DNA from: a bacterium
GTDB taxonomy: Bacteria; SAR324; NAC60-12
NCBI GenBank assembly: GCA_965205865.1
Contig: CBDBHR010000010.1
Location: 1 to 64,000, forward strand
Direction of reading: 5' to 3'
DNA: 64,000 nucleotides
In this document: positions 19,739 to 29,202 of the stretch, piece after piece
Position numbering within the stretch: the stretch's first letter is position 1
Layout of the letters: each line of letters starts with the position of its first letter
Translations under genes and position numbers: made by a program
The notes under the pieces: model-generated
Databases searched by the model: none
Told to the model about the DNA's origin: nothing
What the model saw: the letters and a program-made list of their open reading frames with translations, nothing else

Positions 19739-19867
19739 GCCCTCTGTAAGAAGGGTCAATTACTTCCTGACAGCAGTACTGGGATGATCAAGGCGGGCGG
19801 CCAGCAGCCACTCAGAAAACATCCGCTCAGAACGTCTGAACGGACCAGAGAGAAAGGAAGAACGAAG

Positions 19868-21502
19868 ATGTCAAACAACACCAATAGCGCACACTTCGAC
19901 ACCGTTGTGATCGGCGCCGGATTTTCGGGGCTTTACATGCTCCACCGCCTGCGCGATGAGCTGGGCATGTCGACTCAGGTCTACGAAGCGGGCGACGGCG
20001 TCGGCGGCACCTGGTACTGGAATCGCTACCCCGGCGCACGCGTTGATTCCGAGAGCTACGTCTATTGCTATTCATTCGACGAGGACCTGCTCCAGGAATG
20101 GAACTGGAGCGGCAAGTTCCCCTTGCAGCCCGAAGTCCTGGCGTACCTCAACAAAGTCGCCGACCGCTACTATCTGCGCAGCAATACCCAGTTCAACACG
20201 CGCGTCACCGCCGCTCACTTTAACGAGGAAGACGGCCTTTGGGAGGTCGAAACCGATCAGGGCGACCCGGTAACGGCGCACTATCTGATCACCGCGATCG
20301 GCTGCATCTCGGCCGGTCAGATCCCGAATATTCCGGGTCTCGATACCTTCGCGGGTGAGTGGTACCACACCGGCGGCTGGCCCCACGATGGGGTTGACTT
20401 TAAAGGCAAGCGCGTCGGGGTCATCGGCACAGGCTCGAGCGGCGTGCAGGCGATCCCGGTCATCGCCAAGGAATCCGGACACCTGACAGTCTTCCAGCGT
20501 ACGCCCCAGTTCATGTGGCCGGCGCGCCACCACACCGTCGATCAAAAGTTCCTGGCGCAAGTCAAGGCCAACTACACCGAGATCTGGAACAAGTGCAAGA
20601 CCAATAAAAGCGGCCATCCCTACGACGAACCGGTGCGTTCCGCGCTCGAGGCAAGCGAAGAAGAACGCCGGGCAACGTATGAATCCGGCTGGGCCGAGGG
20701 CGCTTACAGTTTCATAGGGTCGTTCAGCGACATCACACGCGACCTGCGCGCGAACAACACGGCCTCCGAGTTCATTCGCTCCAAGATCCGCGAGATCGTT
20801 AAAGACCGGAAGACCGCCGAAAAACTGCTTCCCCGAGACCATCCCTTCTCTTCGAAGCGGGCGCTGATCGACACCGATTATTTTGAAACCTACAACCGTG
20901 ACAACGTCGACCTGGTGGACATCCGACACTTCCCAATCGAGGAAATCACGCCGACGGGGATGCGAACCGCAGACGACCAGGAACATGAACTCGACGTCAT
21001 CGTCTTCGCCACCGGCTACGACGCGATGACGGGCAGCTTCTTCAAAATGGACATCCGCGGCCGCGGCGGCCTTGAATTGAAAGAGAAGTGGAGCGAGGGA
21101 CCCAAGACCTACCTCGGCCTGGCAACCGTCGGTTTCCCGAACCTGTTCATGATCACGGGGCCAGGCAGCCCCTCGGTGCTGACCAACATGCCGGTTGCGA
21201 TCGAGCAGCACGTCGAGTGGATCTCCGGCTTCGTCGAGTACCTGCGTGAACGCGCGATCGACGTGGTCGATGTGGATCCGGAGGCCGAGGTCGAGTGGGT
21301 GGCTCACGTGAACGAGCTCGCTGAGGAGGGGCTGTTCTTGCTGGCCGATTCGTGGTACCTCGGGGCGAACATCCCCGGTAAGCCGCGTGTTTTCATGCCG
21401 TACAGCGGTGGTATGATAAACTACCGCGAGCGCTGCAAAGCGAGCGCCGCCGACGGTTACTCTGGCTTTGTGATGAACAAATCATCCAAGAGTGGCGGAT
21501 AG
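19868..21502 (+). CDS. Type I Baeyer-Villiger monooxygenase (cyclohexanone/phenylacetone monooxygenase-like)
   Basis: GAGFSG, GGTWYWNRYPGARVD, fingerprint FAGEWYHTGGWP, GTGSSG, SWYLGANIPGKPR. Confidence 0.95.
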   Translation: MSNNTNSAHFDTVVIGAGFSGLYMLHRLRDELGMSTQVYEAGDGVGGTWYWNRYPGARVDSESYVYCYSFDEDLLQEWNWSGKFPLQPEVLAYLNKVADRYYLRSNTQFNTRVTAAHFNEEDGLWEVETDQGDPVTAHYLITAIGCISAGQIPNIPGLDTFAGEWYHTGGWPHDGVDFKGKRVGVIGTGSSGVQAIPVIAKESGHLTVFQRTPQFMWPARHHTVDQKFLAQVKANYTEIWNKCKTNKSGHPYDEPVRSALEASEEERRATYESGWAEGAYSFIGSFSDITRDLRANNTASEFIRSKIREIVKDRKTAEKLLPRDHPFSSKRALIDTDYFETYNRDNVDLVDIRHFPIEEITPTGMRTADDQEHELDVIVFATGYDAMTGSFFKMDIRGRGGLELKEKWSEGPKTYLGLATVGFPNLFMITGPGSPSVLTNMPVAIEQHVEWISGFVEYLRERAIDVVDVDPEAEVEWVAHVNELAEEGLFLLADSWYLGANIPGKPRVFMPYSGGMINYRERCKASAADGYSGFVMNKSSKSGG

Positions 21503-21916
21503 CCACGAAATCATGGATTGCGAGTGATGGGCGAAAAGAAAATGAGGAAAGTCCCAAGACCTGTTGGAATACATGCGCTATGGACTGCAACAGGAAGAGG
21601 TTGGCGAGATGGTCGTGTCGGGCACTCGCGAGAACGCCGCGTACCTCCACACCCAAGACTGGAGCGAGGCCTTTGCCGACCAGTTCCAACGCCTACTGAA
21701 AGACTTCGAGTTGAAGGACTTGAAGCGGCCTCGGAAGAGGTGATTTTCAACGCAGCCGCTCGGCGTACCGAAGCTGTGGGGAATTAGACCTGATACTTCG
21801 CAATAAAAATTCAGGCTTAGTGGCTCATAGTCCAACCCCTTTTCCGGTTCCCGGCCCTTTGCTTCTGCTTCTTTATCTTCTCAAATCCATGTTCTCTTCA
21901 AAAGCAATCCTAAGAT

Positions 21917-22534
21917 TTGAACAATTTGGTGGAATACATTCTGGGCTCCCGATGCCAATTGTCCTCGCTGGTTTCCTTCCTCAAATGGCAGGAGCCCGAA
22001 GGTTATGGGCAAACCTTGGGCTTGCATGACGATACGCGATTGTATGATGGAATTCTGCCGGGAGTGGTGTCTCACACTTTCAATTGCAATTGGATTCTCA
22101 CGGACTATGCCAAAGAAAACGGCGCCTTTTGTATCGTACCCGGCTCCCACAAACTCTGCCGGCACCCCAAACCTGGGGAAGGCATCGAAGACGCGGTCCC
22201 GGTGGAAGCGCCAGCCGGTTTCGCCATCGTCTTTCACGGCAACGTCTGGCATGGCGCTTTTCCCCGTCTTAATCCTGGTATTCGCTTATCTGTCAATACC
22301 TGTTACTGTGGCCGGCGTTTCCGTTGTCAGGAAAACTTTCAGGGACAGATCACTGAGGAAATGCTGGCACGCAACGATGAGCGGTTTCGCGTCCTGGTGG
22401 GCTATGATGATGTCTGGGGATATACTGATGAACGGGGCTCCATTCCATACTGCCTAAGTGATGCATGGCATACGATGACGGAACGCGAACGACAGGCTGT
22501 CTTTGACGATATGAATGAAAAACGGTCACTATAA
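21917..22534 (+). pseudogene. 5'-truncated PhyH-family dioxygenase
   Basis: Paralog of 1-556; lacks roughly 100 N-terminal residues present in the other paralogs. Confidence 0.8.
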
Positions 22535-22539
22535 GCATC

Positions 22540-22977
22540 TCAAAGAGTTGTAGTCTCAAGAGTACTGCAATGAGGACAGATCCCTTCAATCTGCAAGCGA
22601 ACCTGTTTGAGTTGAAATCCTGAAGGGAGGGGTAAAGTGGCAATTTGCAGTGTATTTTTCTCAATACATGAAACACTGCCGCAATGTAAGCAACTGAAAT
22701 GGGAATGATTGACCTGGCAGTTGGCTTCCATGTGCGCTTCATACAACCGGCGCAGGTCCCAATGTTCAACGGTGGTGATCAAGTGTTTGTCTACAAAATT
22801 TTCCAGAATACGATATATGGTGACTTTATCGATGACCGTATCCTTCAGATTTTGAATGATCTCTTGAGTGAAAACCGGTCGATGGGCTTTGACTAAATAC
22901 TGAAGCACTGCTAAACGAGTGGGGGTGCATTTTAGACCACAATCTCGAATTTTCTTTTTCAAAACATTATTTTCCAT
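22540..22977 (-). CDS. Fur-family transcriptional regulator
   Basis: GLKCTPTRLAVL, TIYRIL, HSHFSCLHCG, GICPHC; RBS GGAGG before 22977. Confidence 0.9.
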   Translation of the reverse strand: MENNVLKKKIRDCGLKCTPTRLAVLQYLVKAHRPVFTQEIIQNLKDTVIDKVTIYRILENFVDKHLITTVEHWDLRRLYEAHMEANCQVNHSHFSCLHCGSVSCIEKNTLQIATLPLPSGFQLKQVRLQIEGICPHCSTLETTTL

Positions 22978-23083
22978 AGACCTCCGTAAAAAATACAGAT
23001 ATTCATTGGCATATTCATGCAAAGTAGTCTATACAAATTTGATCGACATTTCAAAACAACTATACTATTCATAGGAAAACCCC

Positions 23084-23581
23084 ATGAAAGTGTTGATCAC
23101 GGGAGGCGTGAAAAGTGGGAAATCGCAATTTGCTGAAAAACGCTGTTTGAAGTTGGTCGGCAAGGAGAAACCCATTTACCTTGCCACTTCAGAAATCGAT
23201 GATCCGGAAATGAGACAGAGGATTGCCGTCCACCAGCAGCGGCGCCAAAATCGATTCGTGACAGTGGAAGAACCGCTGGAATTGTTGCGATGCATGAAGG
23301 GGCGGCAGTCAACCGTCTTGGTCGAATGCTTGAGCATGTGGATCAACAATATGCTCTACCACCAAAGGAGACCGCAATCGATTTTAAAAGAAGTGGAATA
23401 CATCATGAAATTGACCATCCCCATGGTCTTGGTGATCAACGACGTGGGCATGGGGGTCATTCCAGACAATGCCTTGGCTCGACTGTTTGTCGATCTCTCG
23501 GGAAATGTTGCGCAATTAGTGGGACACTGTGCCGATGAAGCTCATTTTTGCGTGGCAGGCCAAGTGCTGCGGGTTAAGTAA
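23084..23581 (+). CDS. cobU: Adenosylcobinamide kinase / cobinamide-phosphate guanylyltransferase
   Basis: TGGVKSGKSQFAE, EMRQRIAVHQ, TVEEP. Confidence 0.92.
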   Translation: MKVLITGGVKSGKSQFAEKRCLKLVGKEKPIYLATSEIDDPEMRQRIAVHQQRRQNRFVTVEEPLELLRCMKGRQSTVLVECLSMWINNMLYHQRRPQSILKEVEYIMKLTIPMVLVINDVGMGVIPDNALARLFVDLSGNVAQLVGHCADEAHFCVAGQVLRVK

Positions 23582-23610
23582 ATCATGCAACCGTTCACAA
23601 GTTTTCTCTC

Positions 23611-24651
23611 ATGTTTCCGATACGGATTCCCCCGGTTTCTTTTGCCATCCGCAAGCACTTGCAAGACAAGATTGACAGCAAAACCAAGCCATCGGGAGCC
23701 TTGGGTAAATTAGAAAAATTGGCTCTGCGGTTGGGGTGCATTCAACAGACACTCAATCCGGATCTCAAAAAACCGGCAATCGTCGTATTTGCAGGAGATC
23801 ACGGAGTTGTCGCGGAAGGAGTGAGTGCCTATCCCCAGGAAGTTACCTACCAGATGGTAATGAATTTTTTAGTAGGAAGCGCTGCCATCAACGTCTTTAG
23901 CCGGCAGCATGGTATCGAGATTCTCATTGTCGATGCCGGTGTAAATTATGATTTTCCACCACAACCAGTCCTCCTGCAGGCCAAAGTGGCCAAGGGCACG
24001 CAAAATTACTTGAACATGCCCGCCATGACTCCGGAACAATGTGATACTGCCCTGAAAAGGGGGGCGGCTATTGTTGCTGAATTGTATGAAAAGGGGAGCA
24101 ACGTCGTTGGATTTGGAGAAATGGGCATTGGCAATTCTTCTTCTGCCGCGATACTGATGAGTTTGTTCTGCCAGCTTCCCTTGGAAGATTGCGTGGGTCG
24201 GGGCGCAGGTATGAATGATGCGGGTTTCGAGCGAAAAAAAAGGATTTTGAAGCAGGCAATCGCCGCCAATCAGGTAGACAAGACCCCTCTTTCCATCCTC
24301 TCCTCCTTTGGAGGATTTGAAATGGTGATGATGTGTGGCGCATTCTTACAAGCAGCTGCTTTGCGGATGGTGATTCTGGTGGACGGTTTCATCGCAACGG
24401 CTTCCCTTCTTGCAGCATCCAAGTTGGCCCCGGAAGTCTTGGGCTATTGTGTTTTTTCCCATCTCTCGGATGAAGCCGGGCATAGGCTATTGCTCGAGTT
24501 TTTGCATGCGGATCCCTTGCTCGACTTGAATATGCGATTGGGTGAAGGAAGCGGAGCTGCCATTGCTTTCCCACTATTGCAGTCTGCTATCAATTTTCTG
24601 GCAGAAATGGCTTCTTTCGATTCGGCAGGTGTCAGTGACAAAGATTCGTAA
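23611..24651 (+). CDS. cobT: Nicotinate-nucleotide-dimethylbenzimidazole phosphoribosyltransferase
   Basis: KTKPSGALGKLE, FAGDHG, GEMGIGN, MRLGEGSGA. Confidence 0.95.
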   Translation: MFPIRIPPVSFAIRKHLQDKIDSKTKPSGALGKLEKLALRLGCIQQTLNPDLKKPAIVVFAGDHGVVAEGVSAYPQEVTYQMVMNFLVGSAAINVFSRQHGIEILIVDAGVNYDFPPQPVLLQAKVAKGTQNYLNMPAMTPEQCDTALKRGAAIVAELYEKGSNVVGFGEMGIGNSSSAAILMSLFCQLPLEDCVGRGAGMNDAGFERKKRILKQAIAANQVDKTPLSILSSFGGFEMVMMCGAFLQAAALRMVILVDGFIATASLLAASKLAPEVLGYCVFSHLSDEAGHRLLLEFLHADPLLDLNMRLGEGSGAAIAFPLLQSAINFLAEMASFDSAGVSDKDS

Positions 24652-25417
24652 TGAATGGGACTCGTTTTTGATAGCGTTGGCCTTCTATACCCGCATACCC
24701 GTTTCGACTCCTTTTAAAAATTCAATTGACCAGGCGAGGTCTATTCTCTACTTTCCCGTGATTGGATGGATTGTGGGGGGAATAGGCGCCTTGATCTTCC
24801 AAATAGGGTTCTTCTTTTTTCCTCAGTCTGTAGCACTGCTCCTCAGTATGATCGGCACCATCCTGCTGACAGGCGCCCTCCATGAAGACGGGTTTGCTGA
24901 CAGTTGCGACGGATTTGGCGGAGGATGGACTCGGGAAGAAATCCTGGCCATTATGAAGGATTCCCGGCTGGGTACATTCGGCATATTGGGACTAGCACTG
25001 TTGTTGGCATTGAAGTACGTGACATTGCTTTCTCTGGACGCGGTTCAGATTCCCTTACTTCTCGTTGCCACTCACAGCCTGAGCCGCAGCGCGGCAGCTT
25101 CCTTGCTCTTTTCCCACGATTACGCGAGACATCCCGAAGAAGGGAAAGCGGGTATACTCGTCAAACGAATATCCGGAGGGGAATTGGGAATCATCTTATT
25201 GTTGGGAATATTACCCTGGCTGATCTTCATGGATGGGGTTTATTGGCTCATCGTTATTCCTCTCATTTTGCTGCAACAGTTTCTGGGGCACTATTTCAAA
25301 CGGCGTTTGGGAGGATATACGGGAGATTGTCTTGGTGCAGCCCAGCAAATAACGGAGGTGCTCTGCTATTTTTTTGTATTGGCTCTCTACCGGGCGGGTG
25401 TTGTTGAATTTTTTTGA
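24635..25417 (+). CDS. cobS: Adenosylcobinamide-GDP ribazoletransferase
   Basis: FYTRIP, GALHEDGFADSCDG, MKDSRLG, GGYTGDCLGA. Confidence 0.95.
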   Translation: MTKIRNEWDSFLIALAFYTRIPVSTPFKNSIDQARSILYFPVIGWIVGGIGALIFQIGFFFFPQSVALLLSMIGTILLTGALHEDGFADSCDGFGGGWTREEILAIMKDSRLGTFGILGLALLLALKYVTLLSLDAVQIPLLLVATHSLSRSAAASLLFSHDYARHPEEGKAGILVKRISGGELGIILLLGILPWLIFMDGVYWLIVIPLILLQQFLGHYFKRRLGGYTGDCLGAAQQITEVLCYFFVLALYRAGVVEFF

Positions 25418-25560
25418 TGGATTTCAGAGATCATTAACTCGGTATATTTGGGATCAATGTTGCTTGCTAAGACGGGCACAAGCGATAGTCGATTTCGGAT
25501 TTCATGATTTTCGTTTGAAATATTATCAGAATTGGGATAAATATTCATAACATCTCAAAA

Positions 25561-25636
25561 GCGAGAGTAGCTCATTCGGTAGAGCGCGAGCTTCCCAAGC
25601 TCGAGGTCGCGGGTTCGACTCCCGTCTCTCGCTCCA
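25561..25636 (+). tRNA. tRNA-Gly(CCC)
   Basis: Cloverleaf with anticodon arm CGAGC-TTCCCAA-GCTCG, GGTTCGA T-loop and CCA end. Confidence 0.95.
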
Positions 25637-26195
25637 ATGATTTCAATAAACTATACACATTTCAGAAATCCTCTGAACTTTGCTGTCGATTCGTAGACAA
25701 TGGGTTCCCCAATGTTGCCATTTTTTATTTTGACCAGATCCAGCGAGTTATTGGAACCGCTCCTGATAGACTCAGGAAAATATATTTGAGCAGTTTAGCC
25801 ACAAATGATCCGGACTCAACTCAATCACCACCGGAAGGCTCTGTTTCCGTCTGCAAATGAACAGCCTCTCTCAAAAAATCGCTCTGCGAGTGCGCGAAAG
25901 GTGTCCAACGATGCGCAGCCGTTGCACCTGTCCACGAACTCGGAAGTTATCTTGAATTATGAACGTCGTCGACCTTTTATTTTTGTTGTTGTAATGCAGG
26001 ATACGGATTATATTGAGAATTTAAGAATATCCTCAATATATAAATGAGGGATAGATTGAGTGATTGGGATTTAGGGCAAAATTTAAAATTTCACGAAACG
26101 CAGTTGCAAGTCAAAGAGTACTTGACAAATTAATCTGACATGGCCAGACTAGGAAAAAGATTCACATTCAAATGAAACCACTTAGAGGAGAAAAA

Positions 26196-27155
26196 ATGAA
26201 ATTTGGCGTACAAATTAGTTGTTATGTTACAACATGGGACGACATCCGCAGGTCGGTTGAGACCATGGAGTCAGGACGATGGAACAGTTTATGGTTTGCT
26301 GACCACTTCATTCCACCTTCACGTCCGCCCGAGTTGGAAAATCAAACAGCATTTGAAGGTTACACGTCCATTGCGGTGGCAGCAGGTATGACAAAAAAGC
26401 TCAAGCTCGGTCACTTGGTACTGGGCAACACCTATCGCAATCCGGCACTGCTTGCGAAGATGGCCACCACCTTGGATCAAGCCTCCAAGGGACGATTCAT
26501 TTTGTCGCTCGGCGCAGCCTGGTTTGGGCGCGAGCACGTTGCTTATGGTTGGGATTTTCCCACGATGAAAGAACGACAGGACCGATTTCAAGAAGCTTGT
26601 CAACTGATCCACATGCTTTTTACGGCAGAGGGACCTGTTGATTATAAAGGTCAGTATTACCAACTCGATCAAGCACCGCTTTCACCAGGTTGCTATCAGA
26701 AACCGCACCTTCCGATTCTGGTGGGAGGAGCAGGGGAACGTCGCACACTGCGCACCTTGGCGATGTATGGAGATATCATGAATCTCGATGGTTGGTCAGG
26801 TCATGGCATGTCTTTTGAAGTTTACCGCCACAAAGCCAGTGTGCTGGAGAGGCATTGTGAGGACGCCGGTCGCGACCCCACAGAAATCAAACACACCCTG
26901 CTCTGTCCCTTGAATATTAGCTATGACAAGCCTTCACCCTACTCACAATCACTACGCTTTTATAATGTTTCTTCAGAATACTTCCTCAAACATTTAGGCC
27001 CAGGCTCCTTCACCGGATCGACAAACTATATCATCGATCGTATTGGTCAGTTTGTAGACGCAGGAGTCGATGAAATTATGTTTGGCAATATTCCCACTGG
27101 GGACGTAGAAGCTTTGCAACGCGTGGAAGAGGAGATCGTCGCCGCCTTCGACTAA
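26196..27155 (+). CDS. LLM-class (luciferase-like) flavin/F420-dependent oxidoreductase
   Basis: LWFADHF, YRNPALLAKMATTLD, GRFILSLGAAW, PILVGGAGERRTLR. Confidence 0.9.
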   Translation: MKFGVQISCYVTTWDDIRRSVETMESGRWNSLWFADHFIPPSRPPELENQTAFEGYTSIAVAAGMTKKLKLGHLVLGNTYRNPALLAKMATTLDQASKGRFILSLGAAWFGREHVAYGWDFPTMKERQDRFQEACQLIHMLFTAEGPVDYKGQYYQLDQAPLSPGCYQKPHLPILVGGAGERRTLRTLAMYGDIMNLDGWSGHGMSFEVYRHKASVLERHCEDAGRDPTEIKHTLLCPLNISYDKPSPYSQSLRFYNVSSEYFLKHLGPGSFTGSTNYIIDRIGQFVDAGVDEIMFGNIPTGDVEALQRVEEEIVAAFD

Positions 27156-27288
27156 CTGTCGAAGACAAGCTGCAATACCCTATCAAAAGCAGATCGCAGA
27201 TCCTTTCTTTATCTTTACGGAGTCCAATAAATCAAGGGATAAGAGTTGGTTCTGATGCCCATTGCTTTCTTTCTTTGAGAATCCCGAC

Positions 27289-28992
27289 ATGAACTCATTC
27301 AAAGGTATAAACAAAGGATTGACGAATTATGGGGATCCTGATTTTTCAAGATACTTACGTCGTTCTTTTGCCTCTTCCATGGGATGGTCTCGAGAAGAAC
27401 TGGAACGTCCTATTGTCGGGATTGCCTATACAGCCAGTGGCTACAACAATTGCCATCGCCATTTTCCTGAGTTGTTACAAGCTCTCAAGCGCGGTGTGAT
27501 TGCGGCAGGAGGGCTGCCGATGGAATTTCCAACCATATCATTGGGAGAAGTTTTTTTAGCCCCTACCAGCTTGATGTTTCGCAATTTAATGTCGATCGAT
27601 ACCGAGGAGATGATTCGGGCACAGCCGATGGATTCCGTCGTGCTGATGGGCGGGTGCGACAAAACCCTTCCGGCCCAATTGATGGGCGCCTGTTCCGCGA
27701 ATCTCCCAACCATTGCTTTGATTGCAGGGCCAATGATCACTTCCCGTTTCCAAGGGGATCGCTTGGGGGCTTGTACCGATTGTCGTCGATTCTGGGCCCG
27801 CTATCGCGCGGGGGAAATTCCATCTGAGACCATCGATACCATTGAAAGCAGATTAGCCACTACTGCGGGAACATGCGCGGTGATGGGAACAGCGAGTACA
27901 ATGGCGTGTCTTGTTGAAACAATGGGCATGGCATTGCCGGGGACAGCCGCCATTCCAGCAGTTCATGCAGATCGATTGCGTGCTGCGGAAGCAACAGGAC
28001 GGGCTGCCGTCGCATTGATAAACAAGAATTTCACCCCATCTCAAATCATTACGGAACGATCGCTTGAAAATGCCTTGCGAATATTAGTGGCAATCGGTGG
28101 TTCGACCAACGCCATTGTACATCTGACTGCCATTGCGGGAAGATTGGGGATACGCTTGTCTCTGCAGCAACTGAATCGGATCAGTGAGGAAACACCGGTT
28201 ATAGTGAATCTCAAGCCGACAGGCCCCTATTATATGGAGGATTTTTTTGCGGCAGGTGGTATGGAAGCCGTACTGCTGGAACTGAAAGATCACCTCCACC
28301 TGGATTGTCTCACGGTCACCGGAAAAACCCTTGGTGAAACCTTGCAACAAACTTGCCTGTTTGATGTCGACCGACGTGTCATTGCTCCTTATCTCGAACC
28401 CCATGAAACAGTAGGGGGGTTGATAGCTTTGTTTGGGAATCTGGCGCCGAGAGGCGCGATCTTAAAAAGATCGGCAGCTGACCCAAATCTTTTTGAAAGT
28501 CAGGGAACTGCAGTGGTTTTTGAATCTCCGGAAGACTTGAGTCTTCGCATTGATGATCCGAATCTGGAAGTCACCCCCCATTCTTTCCTGATTTTGAAAA
28601 ATGCAGGACCCACCAGTCCGGACGCCATGCCGGAAGCGGGTTATTTGCCCATTCCTAAAAAATTAGCAATAAAAGGCGTGAAGGATTTGGTGCGTATTTC
28701 CGATGCGCGTATGAGCGGAACGGCCTATGGTACCATCATCCTGCATGTCACTCCGGATTCTGCTTTCGGGGGACCCTTGAGTTTGGTACAAAACGGGGAC
28801 CGGATCCAATTGAGCGTCCAAGAACGCAAATTGGAATTGTTAGTCGAAGAGGCAGAACTGAAAAAAAGAACATTGGAAAAACAAACGACTCCTCCTCAAT
28901 ACAAACGTGGGTACCGCCAACTGTATCAGCAATCCATTCTGCAAGCCGATGAAGGTTGCGATTTTAACTTTTTACAGGGATTTTCGGATTGA
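27289..28992 (+). CDS. IlvD/Edd-family dehydratase
   Basis: YNNCH, GGCDKT, GTCAVMGTASTM, GGSTN, SDARMSGT. Confidence 0.92.
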   Translation: MNSFKGINKGLTNYGDPDFSRYLRRSFASSMGWSREELERPIVGIAYTASGYNNCHRHFPELLQALKRGVIAAGGLPMEFPTISLGEVFLAPTSLMFRNLMSIDTEEMIRAQPMDSVVLMGGCDKTLPAQLMGACSANLPTIALIAGPMITSRFQGDRLGACTDCRRFWARYRAGEIPSETIDTIESRLATTAGTCAVMGTASTMACLVETMGMALPGTAAIPAVHADRLRAAEATGRAAVALINKNFTPSQIITERSLENALRILVAIGGSTNAIVHLTAIAGRLGIRLSLQQLNRISEETPVIVNLKPTGPYYMEDFFAAGGMEAVLLELKDHLHLDCLTVTGKTLGETLQQTCLFDVDRRVIAPYLEPHETVGGLIALFGNLAPRGAILKRSAADPNLFESQGTAVVFESPEDLSLRIDDPNLEVTPHSFLILKNAGPTSPDAMPEAGYLPIPKKLAIKGVKDLVRISDARMSGTAYGTIILHVTPDSAFGGPLSLVQNGDRIQLSVQERKLELLVEEAELKKRTLEKQTTPPQYKRGYRQLYQQSILQADEGCDFNFLQGFSD

Positions 28993-29202
28993 ACGATCTC
29001 GTTATCGCATGCTTTCATGACGCATTTTTTCTGAAAAAAGGTGTCGATCGTTCCAAAGAGGAATGATATTGCCAGGCAATTGGGAGTATTCTCGCGCAAG
29101 ACTTTGGAGAAGATTGCTTTGTTTTAAGAACGATATCCAAGACTCCGGGGAAAGAAGAACGTTTCACTTGAGAGTTTACATATTAGCTCTCATAATGACC
29201 GA

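Noticed and set aside
20072-21307. 411-aa minus-strand ORF and similar long antisense ORFs
   Set aside because: Shadows of GC-rich coding genes on the opposite strand, with no recognisable motifs.
1-22534. Diversity-generating retroelement driving SBP or PhyH variation
   Set aside because: No reverse transcriptase, and the differences between repeats are not adenine-specific.
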